Shown: positions 49,615 to 63,300 of the stretch, one piece after another
How the letters are laid out: every line of letters starts with the position of its first letter
Numbering within the stretch: position 1 is the stretch's first letter
Source: the human T2T-CHM13v2.0 reference genome, Homo sapiens
Length of the DNA: 64,000 nt
Reading direction: 5' to 3' (one strand)
Assembly (NCBI RefSeq): GCF_009914755.1
Contig: NC_060932.1
Translations under genes and position numbers: made by a program
The notes under the pieces: generated by a model
What the model was told of the DNA's origin: nothing
The model's input: the letters and a program-made list of their open reading frames with translations, nothing else
Database searches by the model: none

Positions 49615-52600
49615 TTTTTAATTTTTCTTTTTCAATTTTTATTTTAGGCCCAGAGGCACATGTCAGATTTGTTACATGGGTAAATTGAATTTCACTGGAG
49701 TTTGGTGTATAAATGATTCCATCACCCAAGTAGTGAAGGTAGCTTTTTTATCCTCACCCTCCTCCCACCCTCCATCCTCAAATAGGTCCCAGTGTCTATT
49801 GATCCAGTCTTCGTGCCTATGTGTGCTCAATGTTTAGCTCCGACTTATAAATTAAAACATGCAGTATCTCGTTTTCTGTCCCTGCATTAATTTGTGTAGG
49901 ATAATGGCCTCTAGCTGCACCCATGCTGCTGCAAAGAACATAATTTTGTTCCTTTTTATGGCTGTATAGCATTCCATGGTGTGCATATGTACCACATTTT
50001 CTTTCTCAAATCCACCATGGATGGGCATCTAGGTTGATTTCATATCTTTGCTATTGTGAATAGTGCTACAATGTACATACAAGTGCATGTGTCTTTTTAG
50101 TAGAATTATTTTTTGGTAGAACAATTTTCTTTGGGTGTATATCCAGTAATGTGATTGCTGGGCTGAATGGTATTAATGGTTCTGTTTTAAGTTTTTGAGA
50201 AATCTTCAAACTGCTTTCCACAGCTGCTAAACTAATTTGCATTCCCACCAACAGTGTATAAGCATTCCCTTTTCTCTGCAACCTTGCGAACACCTATTTT
50301 CTGACTTTAATAGTAGCCATTCTGAGAGGGTATTTCACTGAGGTTTTTGTTTGCATTTTTTATGAGTAGTGATGTTGAGCATTTTTTTCATATACTTGTT
50401 GCATGTAGCTATCCTTTGACAAGTGTCTGTACATGTACTTCACCCATTTTAAAAAATGGGATTATTTGTTTTTTGCTTGTTGATTTGTTTAAGTTTCTTA
50501 TAGATTCTGAATATTAGACCTTTGTTGAATATATAGTTTGCAAATATCTTCTCCCATTCTTTAGGCTATTTATTCTGTTGCTAGCTTCTTTTGCTGTGCA
50601 GAAGCATTTTAGTTTAATTACATCCCACTTGTCTATTTTTGTTTTTGTTGCAATTGCTTTTGGAGACTTCATCATAAAATCCAAGTCCTATGTCCAGAAT
50701 GGTATTTCCTGGATTTTCTTCTAGGGTTTTTATAGTTTCCTTTCTTTAAGTCTTTAATCCAACTTGAGTTGATTTTTATTTATGGTGTAAGGAAGATGTC
50801 CAGTTTGATTCTTCTGCATATGGCTAGCCAGTTATCCCAGTATCATTTATTGAACAGGCAGTCCTTTCCCCATTGCTTGTTATTATCAACTTTGTTGGAG
50901 TTCAGATGATTATAAGTGTGCCATTTTATTTGTGGATACTCTATACTGTGCCATTGGTCAATGTTTCTGTTTTTGTACCAACATCATGCTGTTTTGCTTA
51001 CTGTAGCCTTGTAGGATAGTTTGAAGTTTGGTAATGTGATGCCTCCAGCTTTGTTCCTTCTGCTTAGGATTGCTTTGGCTACTTGGGCTTTTTTTGCCCA
51101 ATATGAATTTTAGGATAATTTTTTTTGTAATTCTGTGAAAAATAACATTGATATTTTGATAGGGATAGCATTGAATCTGTAAATTGCTTTAGATAGTATG
51201 GCCATTTTAACAATACTGATTCTTCTTATCCATGAACATAGACTGTTTTCCCATTTGTGTTGTTGTCTCTGATTTTTTTAAGCAGTGTTTTGTATATCTC
51301 ATTGTAGAGATCTTTCACTTCCCTGGTTAGCTGTATTCCTACATATTTTGGATTTTTTTTTTGTATGGCTATTGTGAATGGAATTGTATTCTTGAATTGG
51401 CTCAGAGTTTTGATGTTATTGGTGTACAGAAACATTGCTGACTTTTTGTACGTCAATTTAGTATATTGAAACTTTACTGACGTTGTTTATCAATTCTAGG
51501 AGACTTTGGGCAGAGACCGTGGAGTTTTGTAGATATAGAATCATATTGTCTGCCAAGAGAGATAGTTTGACTTTCTCCATTCTAATTTGGATTTGTTTTT
51601 CATTCTCTTACCTGGTTGCTCTGGCTAGGACATCCAGTACTATGTTGAATAGGATGGTGAGATTACCATTCTTGTTTTATTCTGGTTCTCAAGGAGAATC
51701 CTTCCATCTTTTGCCCATTCAGTATGATGCTGGTTGCAGGTTTGTCATAGATTGCTCTTATTATTATGAGGTATGTTCCTTAAATGCCTGGTTTTATGAG
51801 GGTTTTTTAAATGAAGGGATTTTGGATTTTATCAAAAGCCTTTTCTTCATCAGTTGAAATAATCATATGGTTTTTTATTTTAGTTCTGTTTACGTGATAA
51901 ATTGCATTCATTAATTTGCATGTGTTGAACCAATGTTGCATCTCAGGAATAAAGCCTACTTAATTATGGTGAATTATCTTTTTGATGTGCTGCTAGATTT
52001 GGTTTGCTAGTATTTTGTTAGGATTGTTGTGTCTATGTTCATCAGGGATATTGGCCTGCAGTTTTCTTTTTTCATTGTGTCTCTGACAGGCTTTGGTATC
52101 AGAATGATGCTGCCTTCATAGAATAAGTTAGGGAAAAGTTTATCCTCCTTGATTTTTGGGAATTATTTCATTAGGATTGGTAGTAGTACTTCTTATGTGT
52201 CTAATGGAATTTGGCTGTGAATCTGTCTGGTCCAGAGATTTTCTGGTTGGTAGTTTTTTGGTTTGTTTGTTTTAGTTATTGATTCAATTTCAGAACGTAT
52301 TCTTCATTTGCTCAGTATTCCTTCCTGGTTCAATATGGGGAGGTTGTTCGTTTGCAAGAATTTATCCATTTCTTTTAGGCTTTCTAGTTTGTGTGTATAG
52401 AGGTGTTTATAATAACCTCTGAGGGTTTTTGTATTTCTGTGTGTCAGTGATGTCACCTTTGTCATTGCTGATTGTGTTTATTTGGATCTTCTCTCTTTTT
52501 CCTTTATTAATCTAGATAGCAGTCCATCAGTCTTATTTATTCTTTCAAAAAAGAAACGTTTAGTTTTGTTCATCTTTTATATTGATTTTTGCATTTCAGT

Positions 52601-54185
52601 TTTGTTCAGTTCAGCTCCAACTTTGGTTATTTCTTTTCTTCTGCAAGCTTTGGAGTTGATTTGCTCTTGTTTTTCTAGTTCTTCTAAGTGTAATGCGAGG
52701 TTGTTAATTTGAATTCTAACTCCTTGATGTGAGCATTTAGCAGTATAAACCTTCCTCTTAACATTGCTTTAGCTGTGTCCCAGAGATTCTGGTATATTGT
52801 AGCTTTGTTTTCATTAGTTTGCAAGAATTTTTAAATTTTTACCTTAATTTCATTATTTACCCAAAAGTAATTCAGGAATTTGTTAAGTTCCATGTAATCA
52901 TTCAATTTTTGAAAATATTCTTAGTATTGGTTTCTATTTTTATTGTGCTATGCCCCAAGAGTGTGGCTGGTATGATTTCAATTTTCTTTTAATTTTTTGA
53001 GAATTGTTTTATGGCCAAGGATGTGATTGATCTTAGAGAATATGCTGTGTGCAGATGAGAAGAATGTGTATTCTGTTGTTCTTGGGTGGAGTATTCTGTA
53101 GATGTCTGTTAGGTCCATGTGTTTAAGCATCGAGTTCAGGTCCTGAGTATCTGTTATTTTCCTGCCTCGATGATCTGACTAAAACTGTCACTGGGGTGTT
53201 GAAGTCTCCCACTAGTGTCATGTGATTATCTAAGTCTCTTCATAGTTCTAATAACTTGACTTATGAATCTGGGTTTTTCAGGATTGGGTGCATATATATT
53301 TAGGATAGTTAAGACTTCTTGTTGAATTGAGCCCTTTATCATTATGTAATAACCTTCTTTATCCATTTTGATTGTTGCTGGGTTAAAGTGTGCTTTGTCT
53401 AAAACAATAATAGCAACCCCTGCTCTTTTTTATTTTCCATTTGTTTGATAGACCTTTCTCCATCCCTTTACTTTGAGCCTCTGGGTTTTACTGAAGACAG
53501 CAGGCAGTTGGGTTTAGTTTCTTTACCCAACTTGCCACTCCATGTCTTTTAAGTGTGGGCATTTAGCCCATTCACATTCAAAGTTAATTTTGATTTATGA
53601 GACTTTGATCCTGTCATTGTGTTGTTAGTTGTTGTGTAAACTTGATTGTATAGTTGCTTTACAGTTTTAGTGGGCTATGTATTTGTGTTTTTGTGGTAGC
53701 AGGTACTGATTTTTAATTTCCATGTTTAGCCTTCCCTTTAGGACCTCTATGGATGGGTGCACATTAGTTGGGGGAGGCTCTGGGTAGGTGTGCACTGGCA
53801 AGGTGTGCACTGGTAGGTGTGTGCAAAAGTGCTCAAAAATGCTGGCTCCGCCACAGAAAGAGCTATGGTGGGGGCTGCTGGCAAACTGAGGTTGCACTGC
53901 AAGTAGGTATGGCCAAGCAGGGACCTTGAGAGAGGCTGGCAGAGAGGGGGCACTAAAATCAGACTTGTCCCGTCCCACAGGCAAGACAGCCCTGCTCTGG
54001 TCTGGCAGGCAACAAAGGCTAGCGCTGCCTAGAGGAGTATGGTGAGCCTTTGGGAAGGGGTGACCCAGGCTGTGCTCCACTGCTGCTATTCCTATTCCAA
54101 ACCCTCTGGGCTTTGCACAGGCTGGAGTTCTCTCTCTGCCAACTTTCCAGGCAATACTCCCTGGCAGTTCAGATGTCTGTGGGCA
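49615..54185 (-). mobile_element. L1PA15/16-like element: 3' UTR and decayed ORF2 joined to a 5' UTR-like GC-rich segment (about 53745-54185)
   Basis: 3' end ttgttacatgggtaaattg...catcacccaagtagtga; minus-strand ORF2 fragments (PFTIAIQKKNPKYVGIQLTREVKDLYNE). Confidence 0.85.
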
Positions 54186-54639
54186 TAAGCAAGGATTTCT
54201 TAGACAAGATGTAAAAATAATTAACCATATAAGAAAAAGATTATAAAAGGGACTTCATTAAAATTAAAATTTTCTGTTTATCGAAAGACATTATTACAGA
54301 AATGTATGAGGAAGTCACAGACTGGGAAGAAATATTCTCTACACATGTATATAGCAAAGGGATTCTGTCTAGAATATATAAGGAAAATACTACAATTCAA
54401 TTATCAAAAGACAATAGAAAATGGGCAAAAGACTACAACAGACAGTAAGGGAAGAGGTGTAGACTAGAAGAGTCATGACACAAATTTCTGGCAGAATGGG
54501 AATGTTCTATACCTTGATTTAGCCACTGATTAAGGCAATTGCCAAAACTATTGAAAAATACACTTAAAATCTGTGTCCTTAATTGTATATAAATCGCACC
54601 TATTTTTAAAAGTATCTAGGAGAAACAATTATAATGGTT

Positions 54640-55410
54640 CCAAATGAAATGAAATAATGACTGAAATAGATGCTTGACAAGAAGAGGAACTTAGTTCTTT
54701 GATATCTTATCATGGGGAAATTTGCACCAGTCAGGGAAATTGGGGAAAGCCTCCCTGAGATTGTGATGCTTGATTCAACATCTGAAAGTTGAGCATAAAT
54801 TAATTGAGGAAGGGGCTAGAGAAGCATTGTAGGAAGAGGAAGCAGCATTTGTGAAAAAAGGTATGGTGAGTTTGTAGTGGACAGAACTAGGAAAAGTGTA
54901 AATCAAAACTAGGGCAGAGAGACTAAGAGCCACACAGTAAAGAGCCTTGTAGAATCATTAAAGAATTTTCACTTAACACTAATGACAATTGGAGGCCTTT
55001 CAATTCCTTTTATCAGCTCTGTGATGTGATCAATTTGCCTTTGGAAGAAATCACTCTGGCAACAGTGTGGACAATAAACAGGCAGTCAGGGTATTTATGA
55101 GGGTAGACCAGTTAAGAGGCTTGATAAAAACCATATTAAATTGGCCAGTTATTGGATGATGATGGTAGAGTCCAAAAGATATGAGAAATGCACAGTAGAC
55201 ACAGGACTTGATGATTTCTTTGTTTGCTTTTAAGTGAGAGGAGTAAAAGTCAAGATCATATTGAGTATTATGCCTGTGTTTTTGGCTTGTTCAATCAGAT
55301 GGGTGGTGATACTATTGTCTAAAACAGATCAATGGGGAGGAATTAGATTTGAATAAAAATGTGGAGGAGGGTAGTAAAGGAAGACGATATGTTTCCCTTT
55401 GGGCACTGTA
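54640..55410 (-). mobile_element. L2 fragment
   Basis: aatcactctggcaacagtgtgga...agaccagttaagaggc...gagtaaaagtcaagat. Confidence 0.6.
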
Positions 55411-55479
55411 TGCAAAATATCTTGGAGTCCCCCAGGTTTTGGGCACTGAAATGAATTCGGACTGTAAGAAGTCTCTTAG

Positions 55480-56182
55480 GGGGACATAAAGAGAAGAGAG
55501 GCAAGACTATTTAAGGAGAGCCTCAGCCTGAGGTTTTGGTCTGAAACAGTCTCTGCCAACCCACTGGGGAGCTTCAGATATTGGGTAGAAATATCCAGGA
55601 CCGAATGCTCCTCCCATGTTCAGCCCTTGGCTGGAAACTGCCCCCAAGGTTCTGACCTTGGCTTGAAAGATGGGGCAGACCCTAAAGGTGTTAACAGCAA
55701 GAGGCTGTTAAGTTTAGTCTAAAGCCGCCTCCTTAAATAGTTTAAGTTTGGCCTAAAGGTTTCTCTATACATGGTGAACTATAATCTAACTGGATATATA
55801 AACAGACATTAACCTACTCTTGTACCAATCACAGAGTTGCAGCCAATCACAGGCCATCAACTGTTCAAACTGTGTTTAAATAAGGCAAAGGCAAAGCTAT
55901 AACCAATCCAGCTGTTTTTGTACCTCACTTCCTTTTTCTGGATATCACTTTCCTTTTTCTTTCCATAAATATTATCTGACTATGTGGTAGCCCCCAGGAG
56001 TTGCTCTAAAATTATTGTGGTTGTGAGGGCTGCCAGATCATTCTTTGTTCAATTAAACACTGTTAAATTTAATTTGCCAAAAGTTTTTCTTTTAGTGCTA
56101 TGAAATAACTGCACTCCTTGCAGCCAAGTAGCAAGGACTTTCTTGGATGGAGATTTAATCACACCCCTTCATAGCTGCCCCA
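55480..56182 (-). mobile_element. LTR16-like ERVL LTR split by MER57
   Basis: ctctgccaacccactggggagc...aacagcaagaggctg resumes as gcactccttgcagc after the MER57. Confidence 0.55.
55706..56097 (+). mobile_element. MER57 (ERV1) solo LTR
   Basis: aagtttagtctaaagccgcctcctta...gcctaaaggtttctc...aattaaacactgttaaatttaat...aagtttttctttta. Confidence 0.85.
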
Positions 56183-57684
56183 AGTATTTTGGAGGTGTCC
56201 AAGAACTGACCATCAGAATGAGCAATATACTTGAAAATTTCATCCAAATTTCCTTATTCAGAACCCCGTTCTTCTAATTTCTAATTTCTTTTACATCCCA
56301 AGCACATATCTGCCAGGCCATATGGAGATTTTTGTCAACATACATTTATCTTGGCAAATATTGGATTCTCTATCCTGAAGCTAATTATCAGAAGAACAAT
56401 CTTTGGCTGGCTACCTCAATGGCTAATCATCTCACCAGTATTGTTAGTATTATCCACACATTTGCTAGTCTTCTCTCTAATTACAGTTTAAACAAGTGCA
56501 ATTTGGAACCAGCCCTGAAGAATATTCATTTCAGTTTGATGTGCAAATAGGTATTTTTCATGTAATTTATTTTGTTTTGAATTTCACATTTCCTTATCCA
56601 GAAATAGGGTATGGTCTTTTCAATAACTACATTGCAATTTAATGCTTTATCCTTATAACAATCTTCAAAACATCAATGTATTATATTTCTCTTATACTTT
56701 CCATTCACAAAGCCTTTATTTGTCATAATTGTGGCAAAGATGGAATCAGATGAACCCTAATTTTTAAGCTCCCTCTTTCTCTCCTACCTTTACTTCATTT
56801 ATCTTTGAAGCTCTATTTGTTGGCTTTTAAATATAATTACTTTTTTCTAAAGTGCATATGGAACACAACAAACCATTTGTACCTAAAACTCTTTTCTACT
56901 GTAATTAAATATCACACATTGGCTACAGAAAAGGTAGGCAGAAATAATAATGGCTGAAGCCTAGTGAAGACAAAAAGCTTCTATACTTTTGTTGGCTTAG
57001 GATGAGGGACTCTGTTTATTACTTCATAAGAATATTATTTTTAGGAGCTTAGGAATATATGACCCAGTCAGATCCAACTGATTTTATTAAGAATAGTATT
57101 GGGGACAGAGAGATCAAAATAAGCAGGTCAAAGGTAAAGCCGAACCACTTGGCTTCAGGATGAAAGGACCCTTCTAAACAAGCTCTTCTTTCTTCTGTCC
57201 ATGTTCATGCTAGAACTAAAAGATATAAGAAGCCATGTGTGCCTGAAGAATTTCTTTGTCTGACAGTGTTTTGAAAACGTGATGTTTATTTTGGGCCCTG
57301 TTTGCTTTCTGCCTGGAGAGCAGAAAGAACTGTGTATTCATCCTCAGTAGGCAATACTACGATAACCAAGAAACTATTGATGCTAGTGTTCATTTATTTG
57401 CCGTACTATTAAATTCCTACCTTCCATGCCTAGTCTTGGCCCTGTCCATATACCTGGATTTGAATCTTTAGTTCTACGTACTGAAAAACTCCAAGATCAA
57501 AAAGTCATGGGTCAGTTCTCTTTCTCAATCTTGGTGGGAGTGTATATTGATAAAAAAGTTGATCAAAATAATAATTTCCCATTATATTGTAAAGTTGAAA
57601 ATTATCCTACTCTATGATCCAGAAATTTCAATTCAAGGAATAGAGCATAGAGAAACTTTTGCGGTATATAACTCAGAAAAACTC

Positions 57685-57956
57685 TTTTTTTTTTTTTTTT
57701 TTTTTTTTTTGAGATGGAGTTTTGCTCTTGTTGCCCAGGCTGGAGTGCAATGGTGTGATCTCGGCTCACCACAACCTCCACCTCCCTGGGTTCAGGCAAT
57801 CCTCCTGCCTCAGCCTCCCAAGTAGCTAGGATTACAGGTATGTGCCACCACACTCAGATATTTTTGTATTTTTAGTAGAGATGGGGTTTCCCCATGTTGG
57901 TCAGGCTGGTCTCAAACTCCTGAACTCAGGTGATCTCACCTGCCACAGACTCCCAA
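57685..57956 (-). mobile_element. AluSp/Sq-like, 5'-truncated by about 40 nt, inside an L1ME (about 57540-58420)
   Basis: gagttttgctcttgttgccc...ctcaccacaacc; ends at ctcccaa; flanks gaaaa(a)ctcttt. Confidence 0.88.
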
Positions 57957-59849
57957 GAAAACTCTTTCACATGTTCACCAGGAGAATTTCCAGAAACATT
58001 TGCAATATAAAATATTATACCATAGTGAGTATGAATGAACCACAGCTACATGAAACAACATACTTGAATTTTAGAATCAGAAAAGCCAAGACTACATTAA
58101 GAGTTGATTTCAAGAATCAACCATGTACCCAGAAGACTACATTAAGAATGATATTGTTTTAATGGACAAAATAAATAAAAATAAACATAGGAATACTTAT
58201 ATCATAAATAAAAAATGTTTAAAAAATTAAAAAGAATTAAATGCAAATTTCAGGATAATGGTTACCTCTTATGGTTAAGCCAAGATTGGAATAAAAGAAT
58301 ATGAGTTGCACATAGATTTAATGGCATTGTTAATTTTATGCTAGAATCATGAGTGTTCATTTTATTGTTATGCTTTGTAACTCACATATGCATTAAATAG
58401 ATACTTAGTCTATTCAAATGATTTTGTGATCCTCTATTGGGTCATGAACTAGAGAAAAACATTTTAGATTTTATCAGATTTGCTTGCTGTTAACAAATAT
58501 TATTTAAGAAAAAGAATTCACTGTCTAATATGTTGAAGAAATTGAAAGTTAAACAAGCTCATTTATTATGGGGCATTCTTTCTTCTTAAATGCTCACATA
58601 TGCAATGTGACTATCCAACTAGGGGATCTGGTATTCATTTTCCCAAACTTAACTGATAATGGAACAACTTGTAGGACTAGTGCAGTATAGAATGCACTCA
58701 AGAAATATTTCCTTAGGGTCATAGCTCCATTTTTACTCTCTTTCCATTTCTCGATGTTGCAAATTCTTTGTTTCACTTGTGATTTCTCCAAACACAATAG
58801 TAATCATTAGGATGCGTGAAGTGCATGAAGTGTAGTGCTACAAATGACTTAAGTGAAAATGGGGAAACTATTAGAAATGTTAAGAAACCTCCCATCTTCA
58901 CAAAAACATCTAGTGGCCCTCCTAATCTCCTATTGAACCTGATTTGACTGTGTTAAAAAAGAAAGAAAGAATTTCAAAATACTTTACTCATGTTGGTTGT
59001 TTCTCTATTCAACTTATTGATTTTTATAACAGCTATCATTTTCTGCCATTTAGTGAAAATCTGTAAGCATTCATTGGTTTTAGTAAAATGGACTTTTGTC
59101 TCAGAATTATTTATATTGTAATTTATATGGGCTAATGCACTCTAAATTCCAGAAAACTGACTTAGACAAACAACTTACAAATGTATTCTGGAGAGAATCA
59201 TCAATAAACCTGTATATGCTTAATACTCTGGAATCTTAATAGGTTAAGACATTGCCAATGACTAAACTCCTTTATGAGTATTTCTGTCTCGAGTAGGGTG
59301 GAGTGATCTGAACCCTACAGTCTTAGGCTGGCTATCACAGCTGGAAAAGAACTTTCATGAGAATACTTCTTCATGACAAGAAACTCAAAAGTAGGTGACA
59401 GGATACCAGAGATAATTTGCTTATTTCTATTTATTTATTTATTTATTTATCTGTTTGTCTATTTTATTTTCAGTGAGAAAACATCCTGCCTCAAATAGAA
59501 CACAATATTAATCTCATCTTAATTTCTGCTCTGTAGATGGGAAAAATTGTTTACCAATTGAATTTTCATGGCTAGTCAGTTTAGGATCAATCATTTAAAT
59601 TTCCTAAGTACCTGCATATCTTTTCACATACGTTCTGACTCAGAACCTTCGCTTTTTGGGCAACTGGTATTTGTTTCTCCCAACTCAGTGGAATGCAGAA
59701 GCTGGCATGCAGCAGGCCCTAAGGGTTGATTGTATGCACCTTATCCCAAGTCTGCTTGAAATCAACTCTCTTGGGGGTATTTACACTAGGGGAATGGTAA
59801 AATGCTACAAATTGCCTTTTGGTGGTCAGCTTACCAGCACACGGCTTCC

Positions 59850-60308
59850 TGACATAGAGAGCCTTTCTGGATACCTGCACTCAGTAGGTCCTGAGCTTTT
59901 GTCCAGCATCCAAGAATGAGGATGCACTGACAGCTGGAGAGTGAGCAAGACAGAGAGTGATGAAATAGTTTTCCATGGAGAGGGTATGCTGGGGTGGTCC
60001 CCCTACCTGAAGGTGGGAAAGTCCCCCCAATGTGGCTGAGTCTGGGGCTTTTATGGGCTCAGAATAGGGGATAGTCAGGCTATATTGAAAACGGCAATAT
60101 TCTATTGGTTGAAAGGCATTATTCAGAAAGAATAAATCAGAAAAGAGTGGGTAAACAGGAACAGAAGTTCTCACTCTGGGTTGTGGGTTCATCCAGGACC
60201 AGCAGTCCAGACTTTCAGCCTTCAAGCTGTTTTTTGGCTTGAAGGTGTGATTTCACCGGGGAGGCATCCCTATCTGTCTAGGTATTTGCCTGCCTCCAGC
60301 CACTATCA
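59850..60308 (-). mobile_element. 3' LTR of an ERV1 (MER61/LTR27/MER52 group)
   Basis: Minus strand begins TGATAGTGGCTGGAGGCAGGCAAATACCTAGACAGATAGGG, preceded by the polypurine tract AGAAGGGGGAA (60310-60320). Confidence 0.75.
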
Positions 60309-63300
60309 ATTCCCCCTTCTGAAGAGGTATGTCTCTAGCTGCTGTCAGAATAGGGACGAAGATGGATCTTAACTGCTTCCTGCTGGCAGGGGGTGCTGTT
60401 TTGGGAAAGCAGCCCACAGATCTCCTCAGAGGCCTATCTAACAGTCCCCAGTGAAGGCAAGCCATCCTCTGAGGCTTCAGTTTCATGACCATTTGGAGTT
60501 TGATGGTCTGAAGGCAAAAAGAGACAAACTGGGTTATCAGAAGACATGTATCAGAACTAAACAAGGGGGTAGGGACAGCTTAAAAATCCTGAGGCTGCTG
60601 ACATGCCCAGATAACTAGTGGCTAGTGGCTAGTGGCTATAGTTATGCCTGCTAAGATTTTGGTACATGGAGCTTGTCTTTGGTTAGTTCTCTTGGTTTTA
60701 TTTTCCCAAATAAAGAAATATTTGGGTTATGGGCACCCTATTTACTCCTATCACCTGGCAGGATTTGCAGGATAATTGCCGAGAACTAGAATATTGACCC
60801 AGATTTTTCCATTACCCATCCCTTTTGTTTCTTCTGAGCTTCAGCCAGAGATCACTGGTTGGTTCATAGGAATAAGCAGGGTTAGTCCAAAATGTAGGCA
60901 AAAACTTACAAACAACTAATGAGACTAGAATTTAGTGCCAAGAGTATAAGTTTTGAAAAAATTTTCTCTCTCCTCATTTTTGTTAAAGAAACAAATCATG
61001 ACAGGACTGAGTTGTTGCCAAAATAAACTTTAGTCTTATACTTAGTCTGATTATTTGCATAAAATACAGCAAGAATAATTATTTTTCACATAGGCTTTTA
61101 AAATTGGCTTTGATGGAACTCTGTTCCACAAGGAATCTCAGATAAGGCCTTTGAAAGATGAGCCCAGCCATGGGTTTGTACCCTCAAATGCTTATAAGTT
61201 GGGTAAATTCCTCTCTGCTTGAGCTCCCAAGATAACATGTGGCTCCCAGGCCTGTTACTAAGTGACATTCTTTACTCACCACAGGTTAGAAACCCTGTAC
61301 AGGGACTGTGTAGACAAGGTATGAGGTCAGTTTTCCCAGGGGGCTTTTATTGGCTCTGCATGTCAAGCTTGATTCCTTAAAGGGAAGCATACCTTTCCAG
61401 CCAAAGCCTTGGTAAAACAACCAGTTTCTCCAACTGTGTTCTGTTGCAGAAGAAAATGAATTCTTATTGCACTGATGCAAATAACTATAGTGCCATAAGT
61501 TAAGTATACTCACAAATAGTTTCCAACTTCTAGAGAAACCAGGCAGAGAGAAACAAACACGCTCCAAATTTTGTTCACAGGAGTGTACCTTGCTAATTGT
61601 TAAAAGCTGAAGATAGTTCAAAAGAAAAGTCACCTTGACTCTGAGAAACAAAATAAGGATTGGCAATGTTTTAAGCAAAAAATTTTTAAAATATTACTTC
61701 AGTTTTCCATTAGTTCAGTCCATTCAGTTAACTTTTGTTCTGCTTGATATTCATGAGTATTTCAGCTCTTCATGAGTCCTGTATGTTTTTCCTTTATTCT
61801 AACATCACAATCTCCAAAGATATCAGAAACCTCATGTAAGAACACCTGTCAAAGTCCTATAGCTGATTATAAACCATCTTTTGAAAAGGATCAAAGCAAG
61901 ACAACAATTGTTTGTAAATTACAAAATGTAGTTACAGTCAAAAACAATTAACAAAGAAATTTGGTTATTTCTTTGGTTTACAATAACTTAAAATAATAAC
62001 CTTAATTATGATTGATAACATATATTCAGACATTCAAATTTTAGAAATCCCATACAATTTTGGAAGATATATTAATATTATTAATATAAATATAACCTGA
62101 AGAAAATTAAACCTCATTTTTATTTTGGCAATCCCATGTAACTAAACATGTTAAATAATCCTGTTTACATCTCTTTTGGATGCTTCAGGGACCTGCTATA
62201 GCATCCAAAAGTTAGAGGGCAGAAAAGACAATTTTTGAAGCTGAAGTTTGATTTTGGGAAGCCTACCAAACAGGTTAAAGGTGTAAAACACTTGATATCA
62301 TGAAACAGAATTTTAGATGACCATAAATCATTTATTTTAGCCAAAATAATGATCCAAAAATTTTAAAACAAGGGAAAAACCTTTACTCATTAAGACAGAA
62401 GACTTAGCTTTCCAACCAATCTGTCTCTTATCTTCTTTTTTGGTAGTTTATTCACAAGGCAAACAAAAATCTTTCATTATCCTTTATTATTACATGAAAA
62501 TCTTGCTCAAGGGAAAGAAAGTGAAATTTCACCCTTGCATTAGTTTGCTATTTATGTCAACCCCAATTTTTTAATGAAACCCTCTAGATAATTCTACCTA
62601 ATCTCAACCAGTGTGACCATGAGATTAAATGCTTGTAAACCTTTTATAACCTTTTACACATTTTTGTTAAAGAGCATATCAGTGCCTTAAGAAAACCTTG
62701 TTGCACTTTTGTTTCAATGCTCAATTTATGGAAAACCCATATAATGCCTTTTTAATTCTTCTGCAAGCTTAATTTTTACAAACCTTCCAAAACTTGTTTA
62801 AACCTTCAGCTTTATTTTATCTGATTTAAAGCAATCCTTTAACCCTCTAAACTAGGCAAAAATTTACATTTCCATGCCTTCTTATAATATTTTACTAAAA
62901 ACACATTTTACTTTCCTTACATACCTTGCATGTAAATCTATCTTCAGTAGTCTCAATTACATGTTATAATGTAACTCTTAGCAATTTTTAATTGTAATGT
63001 AAAGCATGGCAAGTTATTTTAATTATGTACTAGGTACAGCTAAGATCTGACTCTTTCCAGCATAGTTAGAGGCATGGTTAACTCCATATGTCCCCAGGCC
63101 TTACCAAACTATAAAGCAGGCAAGTCAAACAATTTTCAAAAGCCTAAGAAGCAATTTATAACCTTAAAGCATTTAGAAAACCTAGTATCTGACCTGCATA
63201 ATTTAGACCACATATTTACATTTTGAAGACATTTGTATAATATTTTGCCAATAGTCTTTAAACCTGTTTTTATGTCTCAGTGATTAAAGTCACATGAACT

